A DNA stretch of 58,986 nt, filler included, from Sphacelaria rigidula (Eukaryota): NCBI GenBank assembly GCA_964200075.2. It is 6 parts of 6 records of this genome, joined end to end, with 100 filler letters (N's around TTAATTAATTAA, not from the genome) between each part and the next. Parts side by side here need not be neighbours in the genome. Positions count along the whole stretch, not along the records: positions 19,697 to 29,444 come from CAXNAA020007849.1; positions 29,545 to 39,292 come from CAXNAA020007850.1; 4 more parts are not named here. One strand, written 5' to 3'. The translations under genes and the position numbers were made by a program. Below, piece by piece: positions 22,576 to 34,869 of this stretch (positions are counted from its first letter, which is position 1; the number at the start of each line of letters is the position of its first letter). Below the pieces are notes generated by a model. It did not search any database. It was given only the letters and a program-made list of their open reading frames with translations, and was not told the DNA's origin.

Positions 22576-24760
22576 TTTTGTCAATAATACAATTCTTCCG
22601 TTTGGAGCATCAATATATCCGGAACCGCCAACTTTGAGGGCAATCTGAGCTTTTTTACGACAGATAGAAAACCGTCACGAGGGTCTCTGGATCTTTCGTG
22701 CGTATCACTCGTGGAAATTAGGCAACGCTAAAACCCCACATCACCGAACCACCACGGATTGCGGTACAACTCGACCCCGCAGTAACCGCGTTGAAATATG
22801 TTTTCCCGTTAAATTCCCAAAATGATGGCAGTTACCAAGATTTCAAGCATGTAGAGATTGGGTGAAAATTGGACTTGAAATTCGTATTCTCGATTTCAGA
22901 ACACTTCGAAGAGCGCTGATTGGTCGAGGTACCTTTTCGCCCTTAGTGCCACCACCACTATGGCCTCAAACACAAATCCGGCTATGTCGCGCTCTTCAGC
23001 TATCCTTGTCGGTCGGAATGATATCATGTACGCGACTATTGGGTAGGTGTTGCGAAGGTCATTTGCTGATGGCACTACCGTATTTTGATTGATAAGCGTG
23101 AACCAGCCTGTATCCTCACCTGGGCCAAAAAGCTCAAGCCAGAAAATTTCGACAGACTCAGTTGCATATGCACCCGCTGCCGACGCTGCCGCTGATACTG
23201 CCGCTGCGGCGGATATTCGTCCTTTTCCATCGCTGTCCTTGGCTCCGTTTCCCCTAAACTTGCTTTTCGATCTTCTTGTGGCTCTTCGCTGCTTGACCCC
23301 GCACGACTACTCGAAGGGTCCAAAACGTTATCGGGATTTCCCCTCGCGCTACACTCGTCCTCGATGTTGTCAGCCGTCCCGCTGATCTGCGCTGCTGCTA
23401 CCCCCACAAGTATCTTGTCGCGTTCGTTCATGCCCTATCTACGGTGGGTCTTGTTTTGATCTGCCTTGTCACGACTACTTTATTGCTGGACCGCGTCTCT
23501 CCACCAACGGCAGGGAGCAGCCCTGCTGTTGTCGTTAAAATGTCCCGCCGGTTGTATCAGGTTCGAGGGAGTCGAGCAGCTAGGAGCACCCCAGACGAAT
23601 CACCACCCCGTTCTTCTGCAGTTGTCGCTTCCGCCGCCGCTACTGCTGCTGCTTACTAAGGGACTGCCCAACAACCGCCGTAGTTGCCGGCCGTGGGGAC
23701 TATCTCGGGAAACTCGGAATTGAAGCCCTGCTGGATTCAACGCCGCTCTCACCGCGGAGTAGCTTTACGTTATCGTGTTATGGCACAATGCGCCGGCAAT
23801 TTCGTATGAACTTCCCTCCTGCTACCCGCGGTTTGCTGGAGGACCCAGATTACCGGTTGTTGCCGGAGAGAGTGCGCGGGCTGACCGACTATCCGAAAAT
23901 TGGGAAAGACCTGTCGCACTGCACGAATCAATCAGACACATTTCAGGGGAGAGATGAGGTGTGGGGGGTGGATGTGTGGTTCATGAGGGAGTGAGACGCG
24001 GAAAAGCAACGTGTGTACGTGTACGTGTACTCAGTGATAATATACCGTGTTTTTTGTACTCCTGTAATAGAACCCGCGACGCATCCACGGGTTCAACATC
24101 GCTTCGTCAAGCGGCTGAAATCGACGACAGTAGAGTATCAAATGAGCTGCTCACCATCGAGACGCACGCAGACCGCACGTGAGTTCTGTCGGAGAGGTGA
24201 ACCCAGGTCAGACGAGCACCATCAATATCTTCCGTCGCATGGCGGAGAATCAAATTTCACGTTTGAAAAAACATTGTCGGCACGGAGGGAAAAAACGACG
24301 ACTGCAATATGTGGCAAAGGCAAAAGCCTGCCATTCCTCTGAACTTCATCCAGCTTAGGCTGGAAGCAACGTGATCTGGGGCACAAGCTGCCAGTAACTG
24401 CCGTACACATCTGGTACAAACATGGATCTCGGCTGCGGCACATCTCCCGGCCCTTATACTGACTGCACTGGACTACAGGTTGGTTCGCGCTCATCAACCT
24501 TAAAACACTCATCCGCTAAACGTCACGCCGTTTTTAGGAGTGAAACCGTGAATTTATGCACAATTTTGCTATGGATCATTGCGGTGATTATTGTTCTCAT
24601 CATTTCTCACTTATTTACCGTTTCTTGGGGGTCCCAGGGTTTTGGAAAAACTTGGGTCCCGCCTGACCCCCGAAAATACGGTAAAAAAAGTAAAAAAAAA
24701 TACTGGTCCATCGGAAGTTGCGTAAGGAGCCGTATCACACTTGTGGAACGCTTCAGGGTG

Positions 24761-25046
24761 TAACTCCGACAAACGGCGTGAAGTTTTGCGCGTTGGTGCG
24801 ATGACGTGAGCTGGAAACGTGCGAACTCCTAACTACTTGGGTTTTAGAGTGACAACGTATTTTCTGAGTGAATTCAAACTCAAGGCGAGCAAAACTGCGT
24901 GAGGTTTTCGAATTTTTCGACCAACCTGTAAAAATGTGTTTCTCGGACTACCCCAGGGCTCATCATCTCTTCTTACGCATTCCGTACCGCCTTCTAGGGG
25001 TCTTCACTCTGAGCCCTCGGAAGCCGGTAGAGAACGGAGAAACTTC
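24761..25046 (+). repeat. dispersed ~300-bp repeat, copy 2
   Basis: Direct, diverged copy of 22273-22575. Confidence 0.85.
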
Positions 25047-25073
25047 GAATCATAGCAGTTTGGATATCGAACG

Positions 25074-25296
25074 GAATATGTTCAAGGGCAGGTCGAGTAG
25101 AGTATACTCAATTGCGGGGTATTTTGGAAGACGTACATGGAATACTCAAATGAGGGTAGAGTGTTGGGAGTCGTACCAAACGAATAGCTGGAAAGCGATT
25201 CCTAGAACCCTACCCCCACTTTGTGTACTTCAAGTGCGGCTTTCAAAATACCCCGCAATTGAGTATACTCTACTGGAGCTACCCTTGAAGATGTTC
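25074..25296. mobile_element. MITE with ~85-bp inverted arms
   Basis: agtagagtatactcaattgcggggtattttg and its exact reverse complement at 25244-25274. Confidence 0.85.
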
Positions 25297-26759
25297 TCAC
25301 GTACGATATTTTCGAAATATCGACGAACATACGTCGATATCGATATTTTTTTAGATACGCGAGAAATGACCCGGTACGTACCGATAATCGATATTCGATG
25401 CGATACGGGTGTTTTGGTGGGGACGCCACTTGCAAGGCCTAACGGTGTTATACTGACACATTAGCAACATAATCCGGACTGGGTGCTCGCCTGATTGAAT
25501 AAAGGTACAGCAGCACGAGTGTGTGATTCTCTATTTGACATCATAGACGTGGCGGCACAACACGCGGCGTGATTCTTCTGTCCAACAAAAACTATCATTT
25601 ATCGTGCAAGAGGCAAGAGGCGACAAAAGAGGTAGTTGATCACAACGCCAGGTGTTGTGTGCGATACACAGAGTGTTGTTTAAGCCGGTCGTATACAAGA
25701 GTATATTTCGGTGGCCACTATTCCGTCATGTTTCGATCGAATCAGAGCATTCCCCTCGGCACTACACTGCGCACTGCGAACGCACTCCTCATTTTTTAAT
25801 TACAAACGCGCCAAACCTCGAAACTGCGCGATAAATGCAAATGCGCGCTCGCTTCTTCTGTTCTCCATACCATACACGGGAAAACGTTGGCAGGCCATGT
25901 CCATTTTTTTTATTGTTGTACGCACAACGCAGGATCAGCTCCAGACGCCTGAACGCCAAAGCGATATATTTCAAAAGCTTGTAGAAGACAAATGGATATG
26001 ATGAGAGAAGGAAATGACCACCCACCCTCACAAGCGAAACACTCCCGCCGACTTGAAACATTCACAAGGCGTCCACGGTACTCTTTCGCCTCCTTTCTGC
26101 CGTCTGCACACGGGATACCGCCAAACTACCAACTGCAACGTGCAAGCACTGTGGAAACGCCAGACACACAGTAACAAGTTGGCCCCACTGCGGCGATTGC
26201 TCATGGTTCTGCAGAAACGTCGACCACAGACTCTGCGCTACCGCCGGCGGCAAAGCCGGAAGTCTGGAGGCGGCTCATGTTGCAGACCGGTGTGGTTCGC
26301 AGCAAGTGAATGTGCTGTGCACGAATGATGTGTGTGTGTGGTTTGTGTGGTGGGCGGCGCCATGCGAAAAAGGGGGGAAAATATGCTGTCTACCCCCCCC
26401 TCCCCCCGGTAAATAAATGAATTAATACATCGACAATATCGATATTTGATATCGAGATTAATATTGATACGTATCGACAAATATCGGCTTGGAAACCGGC
26501 GATGTCGATACGCCGTATCGACGATATTTATCGGAATCGTATCGAGTATCGATATCTGCTTTTCAACACTGGTTGACAGACAGTTCTGTACTGCCTAGTA
26601 CTGACTGCACTGCACTTCTCCACATCCTTCTTAGTGCAGCCGTTGTATACTACTGTCTGAACACTCAACCTCTCACAGATGCCGTAGATGCCGTGAATAT
26701 CTACATGGCATTTGCGGCATGGAGGATCCTGAGGGTCGGACTTGTAGGTGGGCACCGGC

Positions 26760-27110
26760 AGCCAATAAAAAAAAGGCTTACCGGTCAGGAGGCGTTATTC
26801 TCGGCATCGCAAAAGCGGTTAAAAACCGTTTTTTTCAGCCGGTTCAACTGGTTCACCGATAACCGGTTCAACCTGATGAGCAAGGGAAAACATCTTCAAA
26901 TCATTAAAGCAGGTGAATAAGGCGTTGTTGTCGCGTTTTTCGAGTGTGGTTGGTGATTGATACGCTCAAGCACACCCACTGCCTGTGACGGCAAGGTGCA
27001 ACATCTGTCCAACGTACAGCGCAGTGGCTGGTGACACCAATTCTAATGCTTGCTAGGAAGTGGTGTTGGCGGTCACTCGAACATCTGCTATTTGAAAGTT
27101 GAAGCTAGCA
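26760..27110. repeat. diverged copy of the AACCGGTT-rich hAT-like element at 40193-40613 (opposite orientation)
   Basis: agcaagggaaa...caaatcatt.aa.gcaggtgaat..ggcgttgttgtcg...cacaccca.tgcc.gt.acggcaagg is shared. Confidence 0.75.
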
Positions 27111-28237
27111 TGGACAAATCGACGAGGCATTAGCACGAAAGACTACTCTGTACATGTGGAGTATCTCCGGCGTGAGCTATAGCGTGCAGGCCAACATATG
27201 GTGCCCAAGGGGACGACTCTGCACCCGACACCCTCCCCGCCCCTGCAACCCAATGCCAAACTTAGGAGGGAGGAGCAGGGGTAATGCTCTCCCTAAAAAC
27301 TGCATGAGAAAAAGTGGAGCGCCTTAGTGTCCAAAGCAGTGAAAACAGCGGGCAACAGAAAACCCACACTATTGATAGACACTGCAAACCACGCCAACCA
27401 CGCGATCGCGCCTTCTCTTCGGGCATTTTTGCCCTACAGGATGAATCATGACGCAATAATCGTACAAGGGCGATAGGCAACGAGACATTGCATCAGGTTG
27501 AATCAGGAAGAAATATCGGCGGCCAGGGCAGACTTCATGTGTACGCCAACATCATGATAGATCTCTCCGTGCGGAAACTCAAGCAGATCTTCAGGGTAAA
27601 CATAACTTTCACGCCCAGTCGATTTGCCTAAAAAAAGCGCAGTCTGGCATTACTCTGTGACATCGACCCTCAGACTACAGACAGTGCTCGACTCCTCTTC
27701 GTGAAATATCACGCTGGTGAGAGTCAAATCAACCATGCCTGGTGCAGGTACGAGTCGAGAAACCCTGCGACGACGGCACCACACCAGAATAAGGTCACCT
27801 TTCCCGCTTAAACCGTGTTTCCCCCGGTAAACGCCTACCTGGTTTTCCAACAACCGGTTATAAACGTTTTTTCTTTCAACGGTGCTCACCTCTGGTCGGA
27901 CAGAGACTCAACGTGTTCGTGAGGTATGTGAGTTACCAGGTGGCTGTTAGTCACAGTTACGGCATATGGAGCAACTGGGTCCGCATTGTTTCGTTTCTTG
28001 CTCAACCCATATAATACTGTGTGTCCCAGAACCCCATACTGGTTGAAACGCGTTCATCATTTTTTTTTTCTGTCTTTTTTTCTGTTTTTTTTTCTTCAGA
28101 GCGTGTTTCAGTTTCGTTATCATGAGACCACGGCTGGACCCCTGGGGGAACAGTTAAAGTGCGACAATCAATCAATCAATCATCATTGGTGTGGACACGG
28201 GCCGATCGGGCCGCACGTCTGGATGTGCGCGGTTTAA

Positions 28238-28335
28238 CCCTTAGACCGCGAGATTAGTCTTTCTGGATCATGCATACTTTTTTTCACTTGAAATTGATGC
28301 CGATTCAACAGAAGATTAACCTCGCGGTCCAAGGG
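28238..28335. mobile_element. 98-bp piggyBac-type MITE
   Basis: Perfect TTAA TSDs (28234-28237, 28336-28339), CCCTT...AAGGG ends, 22-bp TIR with 3 mismatches. Confidence 0.9.
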
Positions 28336-28698
28336 TTAAGGCCAGAATCGGCCTTACAGTGTATCATACGGCTTGTGGCCTACCCGGTCTTCATACGTGA
28401 CGTGGCCATGCTGGCCGAAAACGGCGATAAGGACGGGTTTTTCTCGATGCACACGGCGACGGTCCTCAAGTGTAGAACCCACTGTGTTGTACTGCCTGTG
28501 CTGCCGCTTGCAGTAAGTTGTAGATGTCAGTTTAGACACAACGGAACAGCGACTGTAGTAAAATATGCGGACAACGTGAGAGGTGCGGACGACGTGCAAT
28601 GCGAGCCGTAAGAAAAGGTATAAGGGCATGTTTTATCGAATTGTTTTCGTGTGGAAAACGTACGGTGGAATCGAATTCGCGTCTGCTGTGTAGTTTCG

Positions 28699-28719
28699 CC
28701 TAACCCTAACCCTAACCCT
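28699..28719. repeat. short interstitial telomeric repeat (CCCTAA)3.5
   Basis: cctaaccctaaccctaaccct. Confidence 0.8.
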
Positions 28720-28956
28720 CTGTTGTGTAGGTTATCTGAATAGCCATCGTCATTTTTTTTCTCATATGGTTAATAAATAACATGAATACTGCGCATGTAT
28801 CAGGTAAGAGCGAGTTCGATTCCACCAGAACTTTAGAGTCGAAAACAATTGGAAACGTAAACATTTATTAAAAATTAATTAAATAATTGGTTGAATGGAT
28901 GGATGGTAGGTTGGTCTGATGGATTTTATTTTTTGGACAAGGGGAAGCCAATATGA

Positions 28957-29297
28957 TCAGTTGGTGATCTCGAATTCTTGTGATGGTTGGGTCGTGGGTT
29001 CGAATCTCGGTGGAGTCAAACGATCCGAGACTTTTTTCACCAAATAAATGTCCGACAGTGGAGAGCGACGATGTCGCGGGTACACAAAATTCGACTCCAC
29101 AACAGTCGACAAGGGAACGGGACTGCTGAATCCCTCTCACCATAAAAAGTAAGGCAAGCACCACACAGATGAAAGGGGAGTACCGAAACACAAGAAAAAA
29201 AAAAACTCCTGTGTAACCCCGGCCGATGCGCCCACATGTACCGAAAGGTGTAGACTGGCGTCCATAATAGATGGGATGACACCACGACACAACACAC
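28957..29297 (+). mobile_element. tRNA-derived SINE, near full length
   Basis: Partial A box TCAGTTGG, B box GGTTCGAATC, body shared with 4 other copies, AC-rich tail. Confidence 0.85.
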
Positions 29298-29369
29298 GAC
29301 CTGAAAGGTATCTCCAACACGAGGTTCTCGCCATATTTGACTGTTAACATTACTATTATATCAAGGATG

Positions 29370-29444
29370 GCCGGTCGCCCCGGTGGCTCAGTTGGTAACC
29401 TCGTGACCTTCTGATGGTTGAGTTGTGGGGTTCGATTCCCAGAG
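29370..29444 (+). mobile_element. tRNA-derived SINE head, cut by the contig end
   Basis: gccggtcgccccggTGGCTCAGTTGGtaacctcg...GGTTCGATTCC. Confidence 0.85.
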
Positions 29445-29544
29445 NNNNNNNNNNNNNNNNNNNNNNNNNNNNNNNNNNNNNNNNNNNNTTAATTAATTAA
29501 NNNNNNNNNNNNNNNNNNNNNNNNNNNNNNNNNNNNNNNNNNNN
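29445..29544. other. artificial contig linker
   Basis: N44-TTAATTAATTAA-N44. Confidence 0.99.
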
Positions 29545-29883
29545 CCACGCATCCCTTTCGAGACGGAGCAGGGGGGGGGGGGGGGGGTTGCAGAGGTATA
29601 ACGTAGCGTTTCAGTCGTGGGTACGCCTTGTATGGTGACATGCTGCACTGGTGCGGGGTCACAAGAATATACACATAGTACACTATCCGCGTTGCTGGCG
29701 GTTGGACGAGCGACGGCCAGCAGCACCCACCTTACTTGACTCACCTCACACAGCGCAAGCTCCCCACCTTGACCACGTCCCCGTTCTTCAATGGGACTTC
29801 TTTGTTATGATCGCCAGTATCCACCTCGTTCACGAATGTCTTCAACTTAGACCCAACGTCCTGTATTGCAAGAGTACACGTGT

Positions 29884-30470
29884 GATTTGTTGTCGTTATT
29901 TCTCATATTAGCCCTCACCCATAAATTCAGCACCCGTGGTCACAAAGCCGTGGCACGAACAAGACAGAACGAAAGGGGAAAAAAAAAACGCACAAGAACA
30001 TGAAAAAACATGGCGCCTCGCAGGACGGGATTCTACAAACACGTCAATCAAGAAAAATATATATATGTGTATATACGCGAAAAATATGTACGGCTCGAAT
30101 GAACAAAAACAAAAAATCGCCGGTTACATGGTACGCGGGCCGGGAGAGGCCGAAAAAAAAGGCCAAGTAGGGGAACTACATAGATCAGCATACCGAACAA
30201 GTCGGGACAGGACAGGACAGGAAGAGGCAAGACAACCTAGGGCAGGGGCAAAACAGGACACGACGCAGGAGCCAAAGGATAGTGGGGCTCAAGTACAGGC
30301 CTACAAAAAAGAGATGAAACAAAGCAGAACAAAATAAAAGCGTGTGTGTATGTGTGTGTGACAAGATTTTTTTTTTCAAGTAGACGGAGAATAAGACGGC
30401 ACCAATAGAACATCGGAAAAATAAGACACTAATAGAAACTCAGCTCGTGTCCATGCCTCCTTTTTTCTGA
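29884..30470 (-). mobile_element. retroposon 3' UTR-like fragment with GTGACCACGG terminal motif and CAA-type tail
   Basis: The minus strand has a long T/C-rich body then gtgaccacgggtgctgaatttatgggtgagggctaatatgagaaataacgacaacaaa. Confidence 0.55.
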
Positions 30471-30526
30471 TTTCACAGTACAACTAGCACTCACAACACC
30501 TGCAACATATTTGAGCACTACAGTGT

Positions 30527-30878
30527 TGTCGTTCCATCTACTCTGGACGCCGGCCTACACCTTTCGGTATGCGTGGGCGCACCAGCCGGGGTCACACAGG
30601 AGGAAGGTCAGCGACGCAGGAGCTTTTTATTTTTTATTTTACTTTTAGTACCCCCATCTTTCTTCTGCAGTGCTTGTCCTTTTTTTATCGCGAGAGGGGT
30701 TCAGCATTCCCTTTCCCTCGTCGACCGTTAAGTCGAGTGTTGTGTACCCACGACATGGTCGCTCTCCACTGTTGGCCATGGTGTGAGAAAAAAACCCAGA
30801 TCGCTCCGAGATTGGAACCCACGAGCCAACCGTCGGAAGGTTTCGAGGTTACCAACTGAGCCACCGGGGCGACCAGCT
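30527..30878 (-). mobile_element. full-length tRNA-derived SINE with 8-bp target-site duplication
   Basis: A box TGGCTCAGTTGG, B box GGTTCCAATC. TACAGTGT lies at 30519-30526 and 30879-30886. Confidence 0.9.
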
Positions 30879-31060
30879 TACAGTGTGCAAGTATGAAGCA
30901 CTCGTACTAATTTCACAGTGTAAGTAACACTCACAACACCTACGGAATTGAGCTCTATGTAATTACACAATGTAATACTATGATATTGAACAAAAAGGAG
31001 CTAACGTTGCGTTCCTCACACCCACCGCAAAGTTTGAAAAATGAGAAAAATAAATAAAAC

Positions 31061-31992
31061 TCGAGTTGTGATCTGTTTTGACTGACCAGTTAACTGGTTG
31101 CGACAAATTATAACCAGCCACGCCGCAACTCCGCCAGCGTTGCCTGGCAAGGCAACACGGCGGAGTCGTGTAAACGCCCCCCCCCACACCGCTGGTGAGG
31201 GGACCCCACCGGAGGCGCCGCGGGAGGCAATAAAATTACGCCATTCGGCTTCACATCTCTTCAAAATCGCGGTAAATTCTAGCCGCGTAGCGCCAGCAAT
31301 TCGAGCACGTAATCGGTGCACGAATATATATATATATATATATGAGGGAAAAGGAAATATCACTGAACTTCGCGACGTGAATTCAAAAAAGGTAACCGTG
31401 AGACAGTAGTGCAGTATACATAGCGTTACGCGTGGACCACCCAAGCGCCAGGACCTACTATTATATCATAGTAGCACGACAACTTGGAAACGTTATCGAG
31501 TGTGACTTCATCAGCCAGGAAAAATCAACATAAATCTCGACTCTTCCTCATGCTTCGGTATCACATTGACCAGCCACCACTGAAGGCTTACAACGCTTAT
31601 GCCGACAGAATAAAGCGAAGCACACACACCAACGCTACGAAACGCGGTCTTGCTTCACATTTCACATCCGCTCAATCAACAACTGTCCGTGCCCAATCTC
31701 TACTTTTTCATGTTGGAATATATTGTCTGCGATATTCGTGTCCACGTCTAGGTGTGTGCGTTGTGCGGTCATGTACTCGCCTGTATAACAGAGTCTCCAT
31801 GGTCATTGTAGCACAACAAAACTTCAGGAATATTTACTTGAGTATGACACATACATACACAGAACACTTTGGAGTATGACGCATATGTCGGGTGAAAAAA
31901 CTGGTTTAACTGGTTATAAAACCAACCAGTTAACCAGCTGCACCAATTAACTGTAACTGGTCAGTTAAACTGTCAGCCAGTTCACAACTCTA
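31061..31992. mobile_element. non-autonomous hAT-like element
   Basis: TIR T(C/A)GAGTTGTGA; 8-bp TSD AATAAAAC/AAAAAAAC (7/8); clustered AACTGG/CCAGTT subterminal motifs at both ends. Confidence 0.7.
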
Positions 31993-32129
31993 AAAAAAAC
32001 AGATTCTACCCCGAGCAAAACGTTCGATCCTACGCTCATCCCTTCCCCCCGCCGTTCAGATAGATGGTCACAGACGGCGCAGCAAGAATGGCATAAAATA
32101 TGTAAAATGTTCTTCCATTATGTACGGGA

Positions 32130-32230
32130 GAAACGTACTGAGCGCCGAAACGTTCGAGGTGTCTCCATCAGGGGCAAGAACGGTGCTCCATCTCGGAAGG
32201 GATGCGCGGTCAACATTCAAATGACTAAAA
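32130..32230 (+). repeat. repeat X copy
   Basis: cgtactgagcgccgaaacgttcgaggtgtctc...ggtgctccatctcggaagggatgcgcggtcaa...atgactaa. Confidence 0.75.
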
Positions 32231-33380
32231 TGTGTACACCCCCCCGCGCGCGCGCTGAACCAATGGTCATATGACTATGGCATGCAATATCATGAGCACA
32301 CACCCTCCCCCCGCTGTTCACTCTCTGCAGTGATCAACCATATTCCGCAGCACTTAAACTCGCTCTCCCCCAGCGTATTCCAATACTACTTTCTGTCGTA
32401 CCCTTATCTAGGTCGACAGAAACAGAGAAGAACAACTCGCTGAAGTTGGCAGACTTGCCTTCACCCACACCGGTTGCTTGGTTGGATCGCCCCCAGGAAC
32501 TGCCCCGACTCTGATCTCCGCATGTCGACGTGACACAGACCTACCGGCAGAATTTGAGCATAAAACACGATACAGTCAGTACAACGATAATTTCGATGGT
32601 GCCGATCACGCGACAGAGGTTTTTTTTTTTTTTGTCACTGCAACGGGTGTGTAGCACAGCACCCAAAAAACAAAACATGCAATAAAACCCCCATCATGAG
32701 CATCCGTTTGGCGTAGCGACGCAAGGACAACGATGGTTGATGGTGACTCAAGCGAAAGAAGGAAGCACGGCGGGGGTAAATCGCCGTCGTGAGGCGGAAG
32801 CCGAAAACCTGGCACTGATTATTTTCGGGTTTTGGCAAGAATGCGGGAAAAGTCGATTGACAGTTTGCTCTATGGTGTGGCATCGTATACAGCAGCACAG
32901 CTTACTTGCAACGTTTCGCCGGGATTCCGTGTTGTGAAACAATCGTGGTTTTGAGTGGGAGGGCACTCCACTTGTATATTGACACTTCCAAAAACCTCAT
33001 CAGCATACTCAGCAGGTAATTTGCTAAAATTGGCGCATTCCCAGGCGTCGATTTTGAGCTATGTCAACGCCCGCTTTGGCAGGGGCACCCTCTGAACTCC
33101 CCTTGCCCTGAGGGCTCTCGGTCTGCTTGACTTGGCGTTTGACCTCAGGATTACCACGGTTAGCGTTTGACAGAAGCAAGTATGCGTCGATGTGTGGATT
33201 TTCGCCCAGGGATCGGGGGTAGAAAAACGCCCTGGATGCATGCAGCAGTACCAAGCGTCCAACCTCTCCCCTCCATGGCTCTGATCGCATGGACTTTACT
33301 CATGCCACGACGGCAGATGAAAAAATCTGACCGACACCGAATACAAAGGGGGGAGAGGGTGGATGTCACTTTTGACTCAC

Positions 33381-33462
33381 CTGTCGTTTGCGAAGACTAT
33401 GCTGCCATCTTTTCTCCCCACGGCATAGACACCCTCAACGGCAGGGAGGGTTGCAGAAATCT
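33381..33462 (-). CDS. isolated candidate internal exon (ISATLPAVEGVYAVGRKDGSIVFAND), product unknown
   Basis: Acceptor ttttttatttttcgtcag, donor AG|gtgagt; only one of three frames is open. Confidence 0.4.
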
Positions 33463-34154
33463 CTGACGAAAAATAAAAAACACACACGCACACAAAGACA
33501 CATACACATACAAAGCAACAACGAACAGAGAACACACATATTTCACAGGTTTTTACGGCTATCTTCAACACAGCACACCTGAGACAAAACGTCGGTAAAG
33601 AATGAATGATTTAAAAAAATCTAATGGAGCAGCAGCAGCGGCGGCGGCGGCGGCGGCGGCGGCAAAAGACGTCATCTTCCCCCAGGAGTACTCTGTGAGC
33701 ATCGCACCAAATGCATGCTTCAACAAGATGCTGAAGAAGCACACGTTACAGTCACACCTTCCGGATTCCGGATACCGTGCAGAACGGGCCGCTGGGGAGA
33801 ATAACGTGAGAAAATCAGGCTGAAATTTTTCGGATGAAGTAATCAATAAGGACTCAAAAAATCGGATATCGGGCTCATCTATTGGCCCTATACGAAGGGG
33901 CTCTGCGAAATTTTGAAAAATACATCAAAACCACGGCAGTTGACATTTGGAAAAAAAAATTCAGGGGGGGTGAGAAGGTGGGGGATGATGCCCAGTGTAT
34001 GATGTGCACTTCCCAAGTGTGTGGAGTTTTTTTTCAGTATCTCCTGAAGTAACATTCGCTGGAAGCCCCCAGGCAAGCAACAAATTAGTACTTCCCCCCC
34101 GCCCCTCCGCACTATCCAACACCTCCAACTCCCCACCCAAGCTAAAGCTAGTGG

Positions 34155-34500
34155 AAGGGTACGGGTAATTCCCGAGCAAAAATCTCGGGTATACAAAAAT
34201 CTTACCGTACAGAATTTCCAAGGTTGCGTTCTGTACGGGTATGATCGGTACGGTATGAGATTTCTTCAAGAACTCACAAAATATGTTGGGCACGGCACAG
34301 AGGTTGTACAGAAACTCTTACGCGCAACTGGATGTTTCTACAAGGGTATACCCGTACACCGGGTAGAGGTAAAAATGTCGTACAGACACTACAGAACTGT
34401 TCGGTATCGGTATGAAAGGCATACAGAGCTCACAGAACTGCGGGGTACGAGTGAAACTCGGGTAGACACTCCCCGTATACAAAAAACGTGCCCTATAAGA
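34155..34500. repeat. GGGTA/GTAC/CAGAA-motif-rich repeat, probably a DNA-transposon subterminal region
   Basis: Recurrent gggtac, ccgtac, cagaact motifs. Confidence 0.5.
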
Positions 34501-34869
34501 AACAACGTTGCAGGATTCCGTACAATAATGGGAATTCACATATCTCGGGTTTTCGCTCGAGGTCTGAATGTTTGGACCTGACATATGAGGAGAGGTGCAA
34601 CACAACCGCTTGAAGGCCACGCCTTGGAGAGTCTGTTTTTTTTTTCAATTTTGCGGACATGGGCGAATATCTATTTTCGTAAATTCGGTCAAATGGACTT
34701 AACTCCCGGACAAAGGAGCGAAAAAGAACAACGCCTAGTGTCGTTGAACGGCCGATTTACACCCCTCCTCAATTCTTCAGGTCCTACATCTCAAGTCTCA
34801 AGCGAAAAATCGCTGGTGACACCTTATGTCTGAATCAGTCAGGAAAAAAACAAAAAAACGAGGTTAGCA

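Noticed and set aside
22273..25046. LTR pair bounding a retroelement
   Set aside because: No TG...CA ends, PBS, PPT or gag/pol between the repeats, and related sequence occurs separately near 48370.
26873..26892. Hammerhead ribozyme core (CTGATGA...GAAA)
   Set aside because: The intervening GCAAGG cannot form stem II, and the homologous copy at ~40470 lacks CTGATGA.
29370..29444. Functional tRNA gene
   Set aside because: A and B boxes are present, but I see no proper acceptor or anticodon stems, and the other copies continue into a shared SINE body.
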